Assembly (NCBI GenBank): GCA_039028615.1
Contig: JBCCHT010000085.1
Location: 1 to 13,385, forward strand
Origin: Myxococcota bacterium
Lineage (GTDB): Bacteria > Myxococcota_A > Polyangia > Nannocystales > Nannocystaceae
DNA length: 13,385 bases
Direction of reading: 5' to 3'
The notes beneath the pieces were generated by a model. It searched no databases and was not told where the DNA came from. It saw only the letters and a program-made list of their open reading frames with translations. Below, piece by piece: positions 1 through 7,915 of the stretch; the first letter of the stretch is position 1; each line of letters begins with the position of its first letter. The position numbers were made by a program, and so were the translations under genes.

Positions 1-1
1 G

Positions 2-373
2 ATCTCATGGCTCGCGCTGGTCTCCACCATCGCCGGGATCGTCCTGTTGGTGTGGGTTCACATCGCGCTCGGCGTGCACTTCAGCGGGACCTTGCACATC
101 CGGGGCGATCACGAACTCGTCCAACACGGTCCCTACGCGTGGGTTCGCCACCCCATGTACACCTCGTTCTTGTTGTTGCTCGGGGGACTGTCAGCCCTGA
201 TCGCCAACGCGATCATCGGTGCCGTGCTCCTCGGCTCGCAGGTCTGGGTGCTGGTGGCTCGCCTCCCGTCCGAGGAAGCCTCGCTCGCCAAGACCTTCCC
301 CACGACATGGCCCGACTATCGCCGCCGCACGGGTGCCCTGCTCCCGCGGTGGTCAGGTCGACCGAGCAGGTAG
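2..373 (+). CDS. Isoprenylcysteine carboxyl methyltransferase (ICMT/Ste14) family membrane protein, 5'-truncated by the window edge
   Basis: The frame is open from position 2 (ISWLALVSTIAGIVLLVWVHIALG...). It carries the family motifs H.LV..GPY.WVRHPMY and EE..L...F...W.DY.RRT..LLP, with hydrophobic TM segments. Stop TAG at 371-373. Confidence 0.88.
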   Translation: MSWLALVSTIAGIVLLVWVHIALGVHFSGTLHIRGDHELVQHGPYAWVRHPMYTSFLLLLGGLSALIANAIIGAVLLGSQVWVLVARLPSEEASLAKTFPTTWPDYRRRTGALLPRWSGRPSR

Positions 374-960
374 GTTCCTGCGGGGTCCGTCACGTACTTC
401 AACGAATGGCGCCCGCACCAAGGCCTCGAGCAGACCACGCCCGCCGCAGCGGCCCACCGTGCTCCTACCAGCCGTCTCACTTCCAGGCCGGTACTCGGCG
501 ACCTCCACCATTCGTACGGGAGGGCAGCCTAACTCCACGGATGAACGAGGTAACCAGCACGGCCTTTGTCGGCAGTTTTCTCGCCCCCTGAATGCGTAAT
601 TCGAGACCACGACGGTGACCTACTCGGGCGCAAAGCGAGCGGAACGCCACTCTGCCGGAACTACGAACGAGGCCCTAAAGGGCCGGGAGCGGGACCCCCG
701 CGCCGAGTCGCCATAGAAGCTGTTTCGAGGCCCTCTCGCGCCGCCATACGCGGCACAGGGTCCCGATGGCTTCACGCCGAAGTCTCGCAGCATACCCAGG
801 TTCTCCGCCGAGGAGAATGTCAAGCTCCTGCTCGAGGGCCTACGAGGTGTGCAGGCACATCGCGCGAGGGCGCGGCCTGCGTGGCGCATTTTTGTTGCGG
901 ACACATGAATGGATTCGGCGTTGGTGGGTACTGCCCCCACGAGCACCGCTCACCGAGCCC

Positions 961-1968
961 ATGACACAGAGCCCGACCACCATCGATGAGCTGATGCTCG
1001 CCGTTGCGAGCCACCTCGACGAGATCCTGCCTCGTGCGACCCGTGACGCTCGGGACCTGCATGCGGCCATGCACCACGCGGTGATGGGCGGGGGCAAGCG
1101 GCTCCGCCCCCGGCTGTTGCTGTCGGTGGTGCTGGCGAGCCACGACGGCACTCCCGACGAGCACACGCTGGATCTCGCGGTGCGGGCGGCCGTTGCCGTG
1201 GAGTTGATTCACGCCGCCTCGCTGGTGCACGACGATCTTCCCTGCTTCGACGATGCCGAGCTTCGCCGCGGCCAGGCCACGGTCCATCGTGCGTTTGGTG
1301 AGCCGATGGCGGTGCTCGCCGGCGATGCCCTCATCACGCTGGCGTTCGAGGTACTCGCGGCGCACACGGGTCCCGACGCCCGTGCGGTGGTGCGACTGGT
1401 CGCTCTGCTCTCCGAGGCGACGGGCGCGACCCAGGGCATCATCGGCGGCCAGAGCCTCGAGCTGCTGAACGACGAGACCGACTACGACGCCGAGTTCGTC
1501 CGGGAATATCACCGCGCAAAGACGGCGGCCCTGTTCCGCTTTGCGACCCGAGCGGCTGCCGTCATCGTGCACGCGAGCCCCGGTCACGAGCGACGATGGG
1601 GCCGCGTGGGTACGAACCTGGGTCTGTGCCTTCAGCTGCTCGACGACCTGCTCGATCTGCGGGGAAGCGACGAGAGTACGGGGAAGACCACGGGGCGGGA
1701 TCTCGCGCTCGGTCGCCCCAACGGTGTGCTGGCGGAAGGATCCGCAACCGTCTTCCGTCGTCTCGAGCGGCTCGTGGAGACCTCCAACGCCCTCGTCGAC
1801 GAACTCTCCGTCGACCCGAGACCCGTCCGTTCATTGCTCGACCGTTTCGACGCCATGCGCACGAGTGCTCGGCAATCGGCGGCCAACGACAACCCTTGCC
1901 ATGCCGCTCCCCCACGGACGACCGGGAAGTGCGAGCTTCGCCTCGTTCCACGACCGGCGGTGGGGTGA
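961..1968 (+). CDS. crtE: Polyprenyl diphosphate synthase, most likely geranylgeranyl diphosphate synthase (CrtE-like), 335 aa
   Basis: GGKRLRP; first Asp-rich motif ELIHAASLVHDDLPCFDDAELRRG (DD at 1231); GDAL; GQ; KT; second motif QLLDDLLD (1642-1656); GK..G.D. The residues at -5/-4 before the first motif are small (A,S) rather than the aromatic residue of IspA-type FPP synthases, which favours a C20 or longer product. ATG 961 chosen because family-like sequence starts there; the track's 766 start adds non-homologous sequence. Confidence 0.9.
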   Translation: MTQSPTTIDELMLAVASHLDEILPRATRDARDLHAAMHHAVMGGGKRLRPRLLLSVVLASHDGTPDEHTLDLAVRAAVAVELIHAASLVHDDLPCFDDAELRRGQATVHRAFGEPMAVLAGDALITLAFEVLAAHTGPDARAVVRLVALLSEATGATQGIIGGQSLELLNDETDYDAEFVREYHRAKTAALFRFATRAAAVIVHASPGHERRWGRVGTNLGLCLQLLDDLLDLRGSDESTGKTTGRDLALGRPNGVLAEGSATVFRRLERLVETSNALVDELSVDPRPVRSLLDRFDAMRTSARQSAANDNPCHAAPPRTTGKCELRLVPRPAVG

Positions 1969-2005
1969 TCGCGAATCCTCAGACCCCGTAGCCGGAGCTC
2001 GGACC

Positions 2006-2368
2006 ATGAAGAACCTGCTCGCTGCCCTCGCCCTGGTCCTGTTTGCCTTCCATGGCGTCGTTGCCACGGCGAACGCCACCCCAGAAAACGAAATGGTCGT
2101 CGTCATTCTCGAGCTGGACCAAGGCGATGATGAGGAGGAGACACAGGCGCTCTTCACGACCAGACTCGCCATGGAGAACATCGCGCAATTCATGGAACTC
2201 GAGCCCGTTGCCCCCTTTATGGAAACCGGTGTGTACGTCTTGGAACTCGAGTCGGAGGAGCAGATGCAACTGGTGCTCAGGCTGTTCGACGAAGAGGGCT
2301 ATGAGGTCGTGCCGAACCTCGAACGTCGCGTTCACTACGGCGTGTCGAGCGACGCTGGCCGCGGCTGA
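2006..2368 (+). CDS. Small secreted acidic hypothetical protein (120 aa) with Sec signal peptide
   Basis: GGAG at 1994-1997 precedes ATG 2006. MKNLLAALALVLFAFHGVVATANA is a classic n/h/c signal peptide ending in A-N-A. The mature part is E/D-rich with gene-like codon usage, and it sits with 37-bp gaps to both neighbours. Confidence 0.8.
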   Translation: MKNLLAALALVLFAFHGVVATANATPENEMVVVILELDQGDDEEETQALFTTRLAMENIAQFMELEPVAPFMETGVYVLELESEEQMQLVLRLFDEEGYEVVPNLERRVHYGVSSDAGRG

Positions 2369-2405
2369 GTTGCGGCCTCGAAGCCTCGAAGGGAGCGTTG
2401 GTGTA

Positions 2406-3269
2406 ATGCGAGAGGTCGACATCACTTGGCGTGCGTTGCGGAGTGACCTCAACACCACGCTGCTGCCGATCGGGCTGTTCGTGGCCGCTGCGGCCAGTGT
2501 GAAGCCAGGTATCGAACCCTTCGAGTGGTTCCGGCTCATCGCACTGAGCCAGCTCTACGCCCTGCCCTACATCGCCTGGTTCTGCTTTTCAGGGCAAGCG
2601 GGCAGCGTGGAGGAAGACCGGGTCGAGAAGCCCTTTCGACCACTGCCTCGCGGGCTACTGAGCGTGCGAGGGGCCCTGGTCCGGGCGGGGATCTGGTCCC
2701 TCGTGTACCTCGCGATCAGTGCCGTGTTGGGCGTGTTGCCGTGGGCGGTGCTGTGGTTGGTCGCCGGAGGTTACCACAACCTCGGTGGCGGGCACCGACA
2801 CTGGTTGACGAAGAACACGCTCACCATGAGCCTCGGCACCGCGGCTCAGCTCGGTGCGGGCTGGACCCTGGTGCACGGGAACTTCTCGCCCTCGGGGCTG
2901 ACGTTCACCGTCGGCATGTCGGTTTGGGTCGGAATCATGGCGAACATCCAAGATTTTCGCGATGTCGAGGGCGATGTCAGAAGCGGCCGACGCACGCTGC
3001 CGGTATTGCTGGGGGACCGCGCGCGTTGGGCCATGGCCACCGCGGCGGCCGTGCTGGGGCTCATCACGCCCGCCGTGTTGTCGAGCTTGCACGACGGCAC
3101 CGCGGCCCGGCTGTTCGCGCTGACGCTGGGGGCGTGGCAAGTGTGGATCGGCTGGCGGTTGCTCGCCTTTCGCGACCGTGCCTCCGACGATCGAACCTAC
3201 AAGCTCCACCTCTCGCTGTGGTACTGCGCCGCGCTGGCTGGTGCTGCGCTCTACCTGGAGGCGCCATGA
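2406..3269 (+). CDS. UbiA-superfamily integral membrane protein, probable UbiA-type terpene cyclase (EriG/Fma-TC-like), 287 aa
   Basis: GGGAG at 2391-2395 precedes ATG 2406. Multiple TM helices; motif 1 region GQAGSVEEDRVEKPFRPLPRG (from 2592); WLTKN; motif 2 QDFRDVEGD...GRRTLP (2949-2975). The QDxxDxxxD form and the crtE/P450 neighbours point to the terpene-cyclase subgroup. UbiA membership is secure; cyclase activity is inferred. Confidence 0.82.
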   Translation: MREVDITWRALRSDLNTTLLPIGLFVAAAASVKPGIEPFEWFRLIALSQLYALPYIAWFCFSGQAGSVEEDRVEKPFRPLPRGLLSVRGALVRAGIWSLVYLAISAVLGVLPWAVLWLVAGGYHNLGGGHRHWLTKNTLTMSLGTAAQLGAGWTLVHGNFSPSGLTFTVGMSVWVGIMANIQDFRDVEGDVRSGRRTLPVLLGDRARWAMATAAAVLGLITPAVLSSLHDGTAARLFALTLGAWQVWIGWRLLAFRDRASDDRTYKLHLSLWYCAALAGAALYLEAP

Positions 3270-6200
3270 TGCGCACCGAGACCATCCCCAGACCCCGTGG
3301 ACTTCCGGGCCTCGGCCACCTTCACCTCATTTCCCTGCGCAAGACGGTCCAGTCGCTGGTGAATCTGGCCAGCACTCAGGGCCCGCTGTTCGAGGTCGAC
3401 CTCCTCGGAACACAGATGGTCTTCGCGACGGGCGCGGACATCGTCGAGGAGCTTTGTGACGAGAGTCGCTTCCAGAAGTACCTGGACGAGCGCGTCGAAA
3501 ACCTGCGGGCTCTGGGTGGCGACGGGCTGGCGACGGCATGGACCCATGAGCCCGCCTGGCGGAAGGCCCACAACGTGCTCATGCCGGGGCTGTCGCAACG
3601 GGCCATGCGTGGGTACTTCCCGAAGATGCTCGACACCCTGGACCGCATGTTCGCGAAATGGGAAGGGTTTGGGCCGGGGCACTACTTCAACCTCTCCGAC
3701 GAGATCATGCGCCTCACCTTCGACACGATCGGGGTGTGCGGCTTCGGCTATAGCTTCGGCTCGTTCGAGAAGGAGGAGCTGGCGCCGTTCATTCACGCGC
3801 TCACTTCGTGCCTGAAGATCGCCGTCGCGCGCAGCTTCACCCCCAAGTTCGTGCAGCCGCTCCAGTTCAGGCAAAATCGGCGCTTCGACGAGAGCGTGAA
3901 GGTCATCTTCGAGTTGGTGGACGAGATCGTCGACGATCGCATCGCCTTCCCCGAGAGGTATCGGCAGAACACCGACCTGTTGAGCCTCATGCTCAACGCA
4001 ACGGACAAGGAATCCGGCTCGAAGCTGGAGGTCGCCAACGTTCGCCACCAGATCATGACGTTCTTGTCGGCGGGGAGCGAAACCACCAACTCGCTGTTGG
4101 CCTTCGCCTTCTACTATCTGTTGTCGCAGCCCACGTACATGGACAAGGCGCGTGCCGAGGTCGACGAGGTGATGGGCACCGATCCGAGCGTACGGCCGAC
4201 CTATGCGCAGCTCCAGGAGCTCCACTTCATACGTCAGGTGTTGCAGGAATCCTTGAGGCTCTGGCCCCCGGTGCCGATCTTCCAGCTCTACGCCACTCAG
4301 GACACCAACCTCGGCGGGGGCACCTACTCGATCCCGAAGGGGCAGTCGGTCAACGTACTCGTGCCCGGTCTGCATCGGGATCCCGAGGTCTGGGGGCGCG
4401 ATGCAGACGAATTCAACCCGCTGCGTTTCGAGCGGGAGCTGGCTGAGCAGCGCCACCCCTTCGGTTTCAAGCCCTTCGGCAACGGCGTGCGGGCCTGCAT
4501 CGGTCGTCAGTTCGCCATGATGGAGGCCATGTCTGCGATCGCGGCAGTGCTGCAGCGCTACCGGGTTCGACTGTCGGATCGCTACCGCTTCGAGGTCCTG
4601 GAGACGCTGACGCTGCATCCCCGAGCGCTCGAGGTTGCGATCGAGCCCCGCCCGGTCGCCGAGCGTAGGGGGCCGGCGAAGACGGTCGGCGCGATCCCAA
4701 CCCGCTCGCGGCACGCGTCCGAGGCACCTCGGCACGGGACCCCGATGTACGTCCTGTACGGCTCGAACATGGGCTCCAGCGAGGATCTGGCCAACCTGCT
4801 GGCGACCGAGGGCGCGCGTCAGGGGTTCGAGGCCACGGTGGGGCCGCTGAACGACTTCGTCGATGCCTTGCCCGCTCGCGGTCACGTGCAGATCGTATGC
4901 TCGACCTACAACGGTTTTCCTCCCGACAACGCGACCGAATTCTGTACGTGGCTTCGGAGGGAGAGCCCGGATCTTTCCGGTCTGACCTACAGCGTGTTCG
5001 GCTGTGGCAACACCCAGTGGAAGACCTTCCAGGACGTGCCTCGGTGGCTCGACGAGCGGCTCGAGACACTCGGTGCTCGCCGCGTGTACGAGCGAGGCGA
5101 AGCCGACGCCAGCGTCGACTTCGAGGGCGCGTTTCACCGTTGGTACCAGCCCTACTGGGCGACACTTCGCGATGAGCTCGCGCTCGAGGGCGAGGGCGAG
5201 CTCAGCCCCGAGCCAGTCGAGCCTTCGTTGACGGTGGTTGTTCACGAGGGCAACGTCGACGTACCGCTGCCACCTTCGCTCGAAGACGGGCAGGTTCTCG
5301 AAGTGCTGCGCAACGTCGAGCTGCAATCGAGCCGCTCTCCTCGTTCGACTCGCCACATCGAGCTCGCGCTGGATGAGACCGCCGAGTATCGCGTGGGTGA
5401 CCATCTGAGGGTGCAGCCCCGCAACGCGCCGGAGCTTTGCGCTCGCGTGTGTCGACGTTTTTGCGTGGACCCGCGACGACAGATCCTCCTTCGTGCGACG
5501 CCGGGCTATCGGACGCACCTGCCCCTCGGCGTTCCCACTACGGTCGAGCGCCTATTGACAGAGCGGGTCGAGCTACAGTCCCCGGCGACGCGCAAGCAAC
5601 TCGAGGCGGTCGCAGCGATGACCGCGTGTGTTCCCGAGGCCCGGCGCGTGAGGGGCTGGCTCGAGTCCGATGCCTACGCGCGGGAGATCGTAGCCGAGCA
5701 CCGATCGCTACTCGACATCGTCGAGGCGCTCGAGTCATGCACCATGGACTTCGCCGGGTTCGTCAGCCTACTGCCGGCCCTCGCCCCCCGGTACTACTCG
5801 ATCTCCTCGAGCCCCCGGACCCATGCGAATCAATGCAGCATCACCGTCGGCGTCGTGGCTGGCCCCGCTCGCTCCGGGGAAAGCCACTTCGAGGGGGTGT
5901 GTTCGAGCTATCTGCGGCGCGCCACCCCGGGAACGAAGATTTGCGCTTCGCTTCGGGCCAACGCCGCGCCCTTCACGGTGCCCTCGGACCCCGAGGTCCC
6001 CATCGTCATGGTGGCAGCGGGCACCGGCATCGCCCCCTTTCGCGGTTTCTTGCAGGAGCGCCGGTTCGCGCGAGCGGCAGGTCGATCGCTAGGAGACGCG
6101 CTGCTGTTGTTCGGGTGCCGGCACCCCGAGGAAGACTTCATCTATGGTGAGGAACTTCGCGAGCACGAGGCGTCGGGGGTCGTGGATGTGCGTGTCGCCT

Positions 6201-6463
6201 TCTCTCGACATGAGCCAGGGCGAAAGCACTATGTCCAACACCTGGTCGAGGAGCACTGGACGCGGATTCACGGCATTCTCGCGAAGGGCGGCATTCTCTA
6301 TGTCTGCGGCGATGCAGGGGGTATGGCGGCGGCGGTCTCCGAGACCTGCGAACGGCTCTACCTGCAAAACCACGGTACGACCGAGCACGGGGCCCGGTCG
6401 TGGGTGGCCCGGCTGAGAGCCGAGCAGCGGTACCGCGAAGACATCTGGAGCGACGAAAACTGA
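3266..6463 (+). CDS. Bifunctional cytochrome P450 / NADPH-P450 reductase (CYP102A, P450 BM3-like), about 1065 aa
   Basis: Heme domain: CDESRF.K, GDGL.T.WTHEP.W.KAHN, AGSETT, ESLR, FKPFGNGVRACIG (Cys at 4496). FMN domain: VLYGSNMGSSE, STYNG.PPDNA, VFGCGN. FAD/NADPH domain: RYYSISSSP, GVCSSYL, AGTGIAPFRGF, FGCR, AFSR..K.YVQH, YVCGD, terminal DIW. ATG 3266 overlaps the upstream TGA (ATGA). ATG 3269 is an alternative start; GGAGG at 3257-3261. Confidence 0.96.
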   Translation: MMRTETIPRPRGLPGLGHLHLISLRKTVQSLVNLASTQGPLFEVDLLGTQMVFATGADIVEELCDESRFQKYLDERVENLRALGGDGLATAWTHEPAWRKAHNVLMPGLSQRAMRGYFPKMLDTLDRMFAKWEGFGPGHYFNLSDEIMRLTFDTIGVCGFGYSFGSFEKEELAPFIHALTSCLKIAVARSFTPKFVQPLQFRQNRRFDESVKVIFELVDEIVDDRIAFPERYRQNTDLLSLMLNATDKESGSKLEVANVRHQIMTFLSAGSETTNSLLAFAFYYLLSQPTYMDKARAEVDEVMGTDPSVRPTYAQLQELHFIRQVLQESLRLWPPVPIFQLYATQDTNLGGGTYSIPKGQSVNVLVPGLHRDPEVWGRDADEFNPLRFERELAEQRHPFGFKPFGNGVRACIGRQFAMMEAMSAIAAVLQRYRVRLSDRYRFEVLETLTLHPRALEVAIEPRPVAERRGPAKTVGAIPTRSRHASEAPRHGTPMYVLYGSNMGSSEDLANLLATEGARQGFEATVGPLNDFVDALPARGHVQIVCSTYNGFPPDNATEFCTWLRRESPDLSGLTYSVFGCGNTQWKTFQDVPRWLDERLETLGARRVYERGEADASVDFEGAFHRWYQPYWATLRDELALEGEGELSPEPVEPSLTVVVHEGNVDVPLPPSLEDGQVLEVLRNVELQSSRSPRSTRHIELALDETAEYRVGDHLRVQPRNAPELCARVCRRFCVDPRRQILLRATPGYRTHLPLGVPTTVERLLTERVELQSPATRKQLEAVAAMTACVPEARRVRGWLESDAYAREIVAEHRSLLDIVEALESCTMDFAGFVSLLPALAPRYYSISSSPRTHANQCSITVGVVAGPARSGESHFEGVCSSYLRRATPGTKICASLRANAAPFTVPSDPEVPIVMVAAGTGIAPFRGFLQERRFARAAGRSLGDALLLFGCRHPEEDFIYGEELREHEASGVVDVRVAFSRHEPGRKHYVQHLVEEHWTRIHGILAKGGILYVCGDAGGMAAAVSETCERLYLQNHGTTEHGARSWVARLRAEQRYREDIWSDEN

Positions 6464-6940
6464 CCGAAGTGACGCGGCCCTCCGGGCGTAGGCAGCATTC
6501 CACGGACAGGCAGCATTGGCCGCAAATCTGCGGATAGGCGCCATTGGCCGGCAATTCGAGGTGGCCCCGATGTACCCAGTCCGTCAGACTGAGCCTCAAC
6601 ACTCCTCGGCTTCGCCCTTCAAGGCCCGCGCCCGGCCCTATCCGAAAACCCGCGGGGTCCGCAGGCTTACAGTTTGAACGTTATCGGCGAAACGCCCGGG
6701 GCCGGCCCGCATTGGAGGACGGTGCGGCCCCCAGGGCAGCGAAATGCCACGCCGCCCGGGGGCGGCACCGATATCTCGACGTTCGACGCCACGGCGCCCG
6801 ACCGCGCGAGGGCGACTTGCTTCTGGCGTCCGACGACGGCGATGACTTGCTCATGCCCGGGGAGCAGATGCCGATCGCGCGTCTTCTCGGCGACGTACGT
6901 CTGACCGCGCAGGCATCGGCGTCGGCGCGGATGCGACGTC

Positions 6941-7687
6941 GTGTCATATCCCGCGGAGACCTTTGACTTCCGCGTGCCCGATGGTGATGCTCGTCACTGC
7001 ACACGTTCGCTCAGCCCTCGCGAAAGCAGGCTCGACGAATGGAAGGCGACTCGAGCCAACATCGAAGTTCGACCCGGGACCCCCACCGCCAAGGAGGCTG
7101 AAGCTTTTGCAGAGCTCGCGCTCGCGGCGGGCGGAGAGATCTTCGCGGAGGTGTTTGGCCCCAACGCCGGTGAGCTGCTGCAGAAGCTCTACCCTCTCGA
7201 GGGCAACTACATGTCCCATCAACTGGCCTTGTTCCTGTGGGTCGACGACGAGATCGTGGGAATGTTCAGCGGCTACTCGTACGACGTGAAGAAGCGAATC
7301 GCTGGGAGCAACATGTGGCAGGCTCTCAAAAAGGGGCCGCTGTTGCTCCCGAGAATGGCCTGGAAAGCCATGACGCTTTCGAAGGTGCTGTCGTTCTCCG
7401 AGCACCTCGAGGAGGGAGAGTTCTGCGTCTCCTTCGTCGCGATCGAGCCAACGATGCGCGGCAAGGGCCTGAGCAAACGACTTCTCGCTCGCGGGACGGA
7501 GTTCGCCCGAGAGCAGGGCGCCAGCACCCTGACGCTATGCGTCGAGGTCGACAACGAAGCCGCCGTCAGTGCGTATCGCAGCTTGGGCATGGAGATCGTG
7601 AGCACTTCAGAGCCTCAAAAGAAGCCGCGAGGCGAGGGCGAGTGGACGATGCACCGCATGAGCATGCCCATCGCCCAGGACGGTTGA
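6941..7687 (+). CDS. GNAT-family N-acetyltransferase (start codon uncertain)
   Basis: Motif A VAIEPTMRGKGLSKRLL and motif B LTLCVEVDNEAAVSAYRSLGM; beta1 IEVRP near 7060. The first ~40 codons from GTG 6941 do not look GNAT-like. Stop TGA at 7685-7687. Confidence 0.85.
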   Translation: MSYPAETFDFRVPDGDARHCTRSLSPRESRLDEWKATRANIEVRPGTPTAKEAEAFAELALAAGGEIFAEVFGPNAGELLQKLYPLEGNYMSHQLALFLWVDDEIVGMFSGYSYDVKKRIAGSNMWQALKKGPLLLPRMAWKAMTLSKVLSFSEHLEEGEFCVSFVAIEPTMRGKGLSKRLLARGTEFAREQGASTLTLCVEVDNEAAVSAYRSLGMEIVSTSEPQKKPRGEGEWTMHRMSMPIAQDG

Positions 7688-7876
7688 GGGCAGCGAAAAT
7701 CGAGATTGGTGTAGCTTTTCTCCGGGCAGTGGCCGTGCTGGCTATCATTGGCGGATGAACGGAGTCGCCAGTACGACTCTTCTTCCCGCTCGCTGAGCCA
7801 AAACCAGCAGCGAAATCGCTGGCTGGCCTATCAACGCTGGCCGCCCTCGGAAGCCGTAGCCTCAGGCAGGGCAAAG

Positions 7877-7914
7877 AAAAAGCCCTGAGGGCCGTTGGGC
7901 TCTCAGGGCTTTTT
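7877..7914. terminator. Bidirectional rho-independent terminator
   Basis: Perfect 13-bp inverted repeat AAAAAGCCCTGAG (7877-7889) / CTCAGGGCTTTTT (7902-7914), extendable inward to a 4-nt loop, with T-tracts on both strands. It lies directly 3' of the - strand tRNA and downstream of the convergent GNAT gene. Confidence 0.88.
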
Positions 7915-7915
7915 G

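Noticed and set aside
881..899. Sigma54-like TGGCGC...TTGC upstream of crtE
   Set aside because: GG (883) and GC (897) are 14 nt apart. Sigma54 promoters need a strict 12-nt offset.
961..1968. Carotenoid or hopanoid cluster suggested by crtE
   Set aside because: No phytoene/squalene synthase, desaturase or squalene-hopene cyclase is present in the window.
2043..3265. Long N-terminal extensions in the track (UbiA from 2043, P450 from 2525; likewise crtE from 766)
   Set aside because: The UbiA and P450 extensions overlap real genes in other frames, all three are low-complexity non-homologous sequence, and better starts exist at 961, 2406 and 3266/3269. The 1312-aa P450 is not a real fusion.
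3251..5518. 755-aa - strand ORF and other long antisense ORFs (820-1587, 8338-9903, 9934-10980)
   Set aside because: These are antisense shadows of high-GC coding genes and contain no recognisable motifs.
6667..6993. Stop-free - strand frame with gene-like codons (QTYVAEKTRDRHLLPGHEQVIAVVGRQKQVAL...)
   Set aside because: No usable start codon near its 5' end and no recognisable homology. It might be a remnant, but that needs blastx to support.
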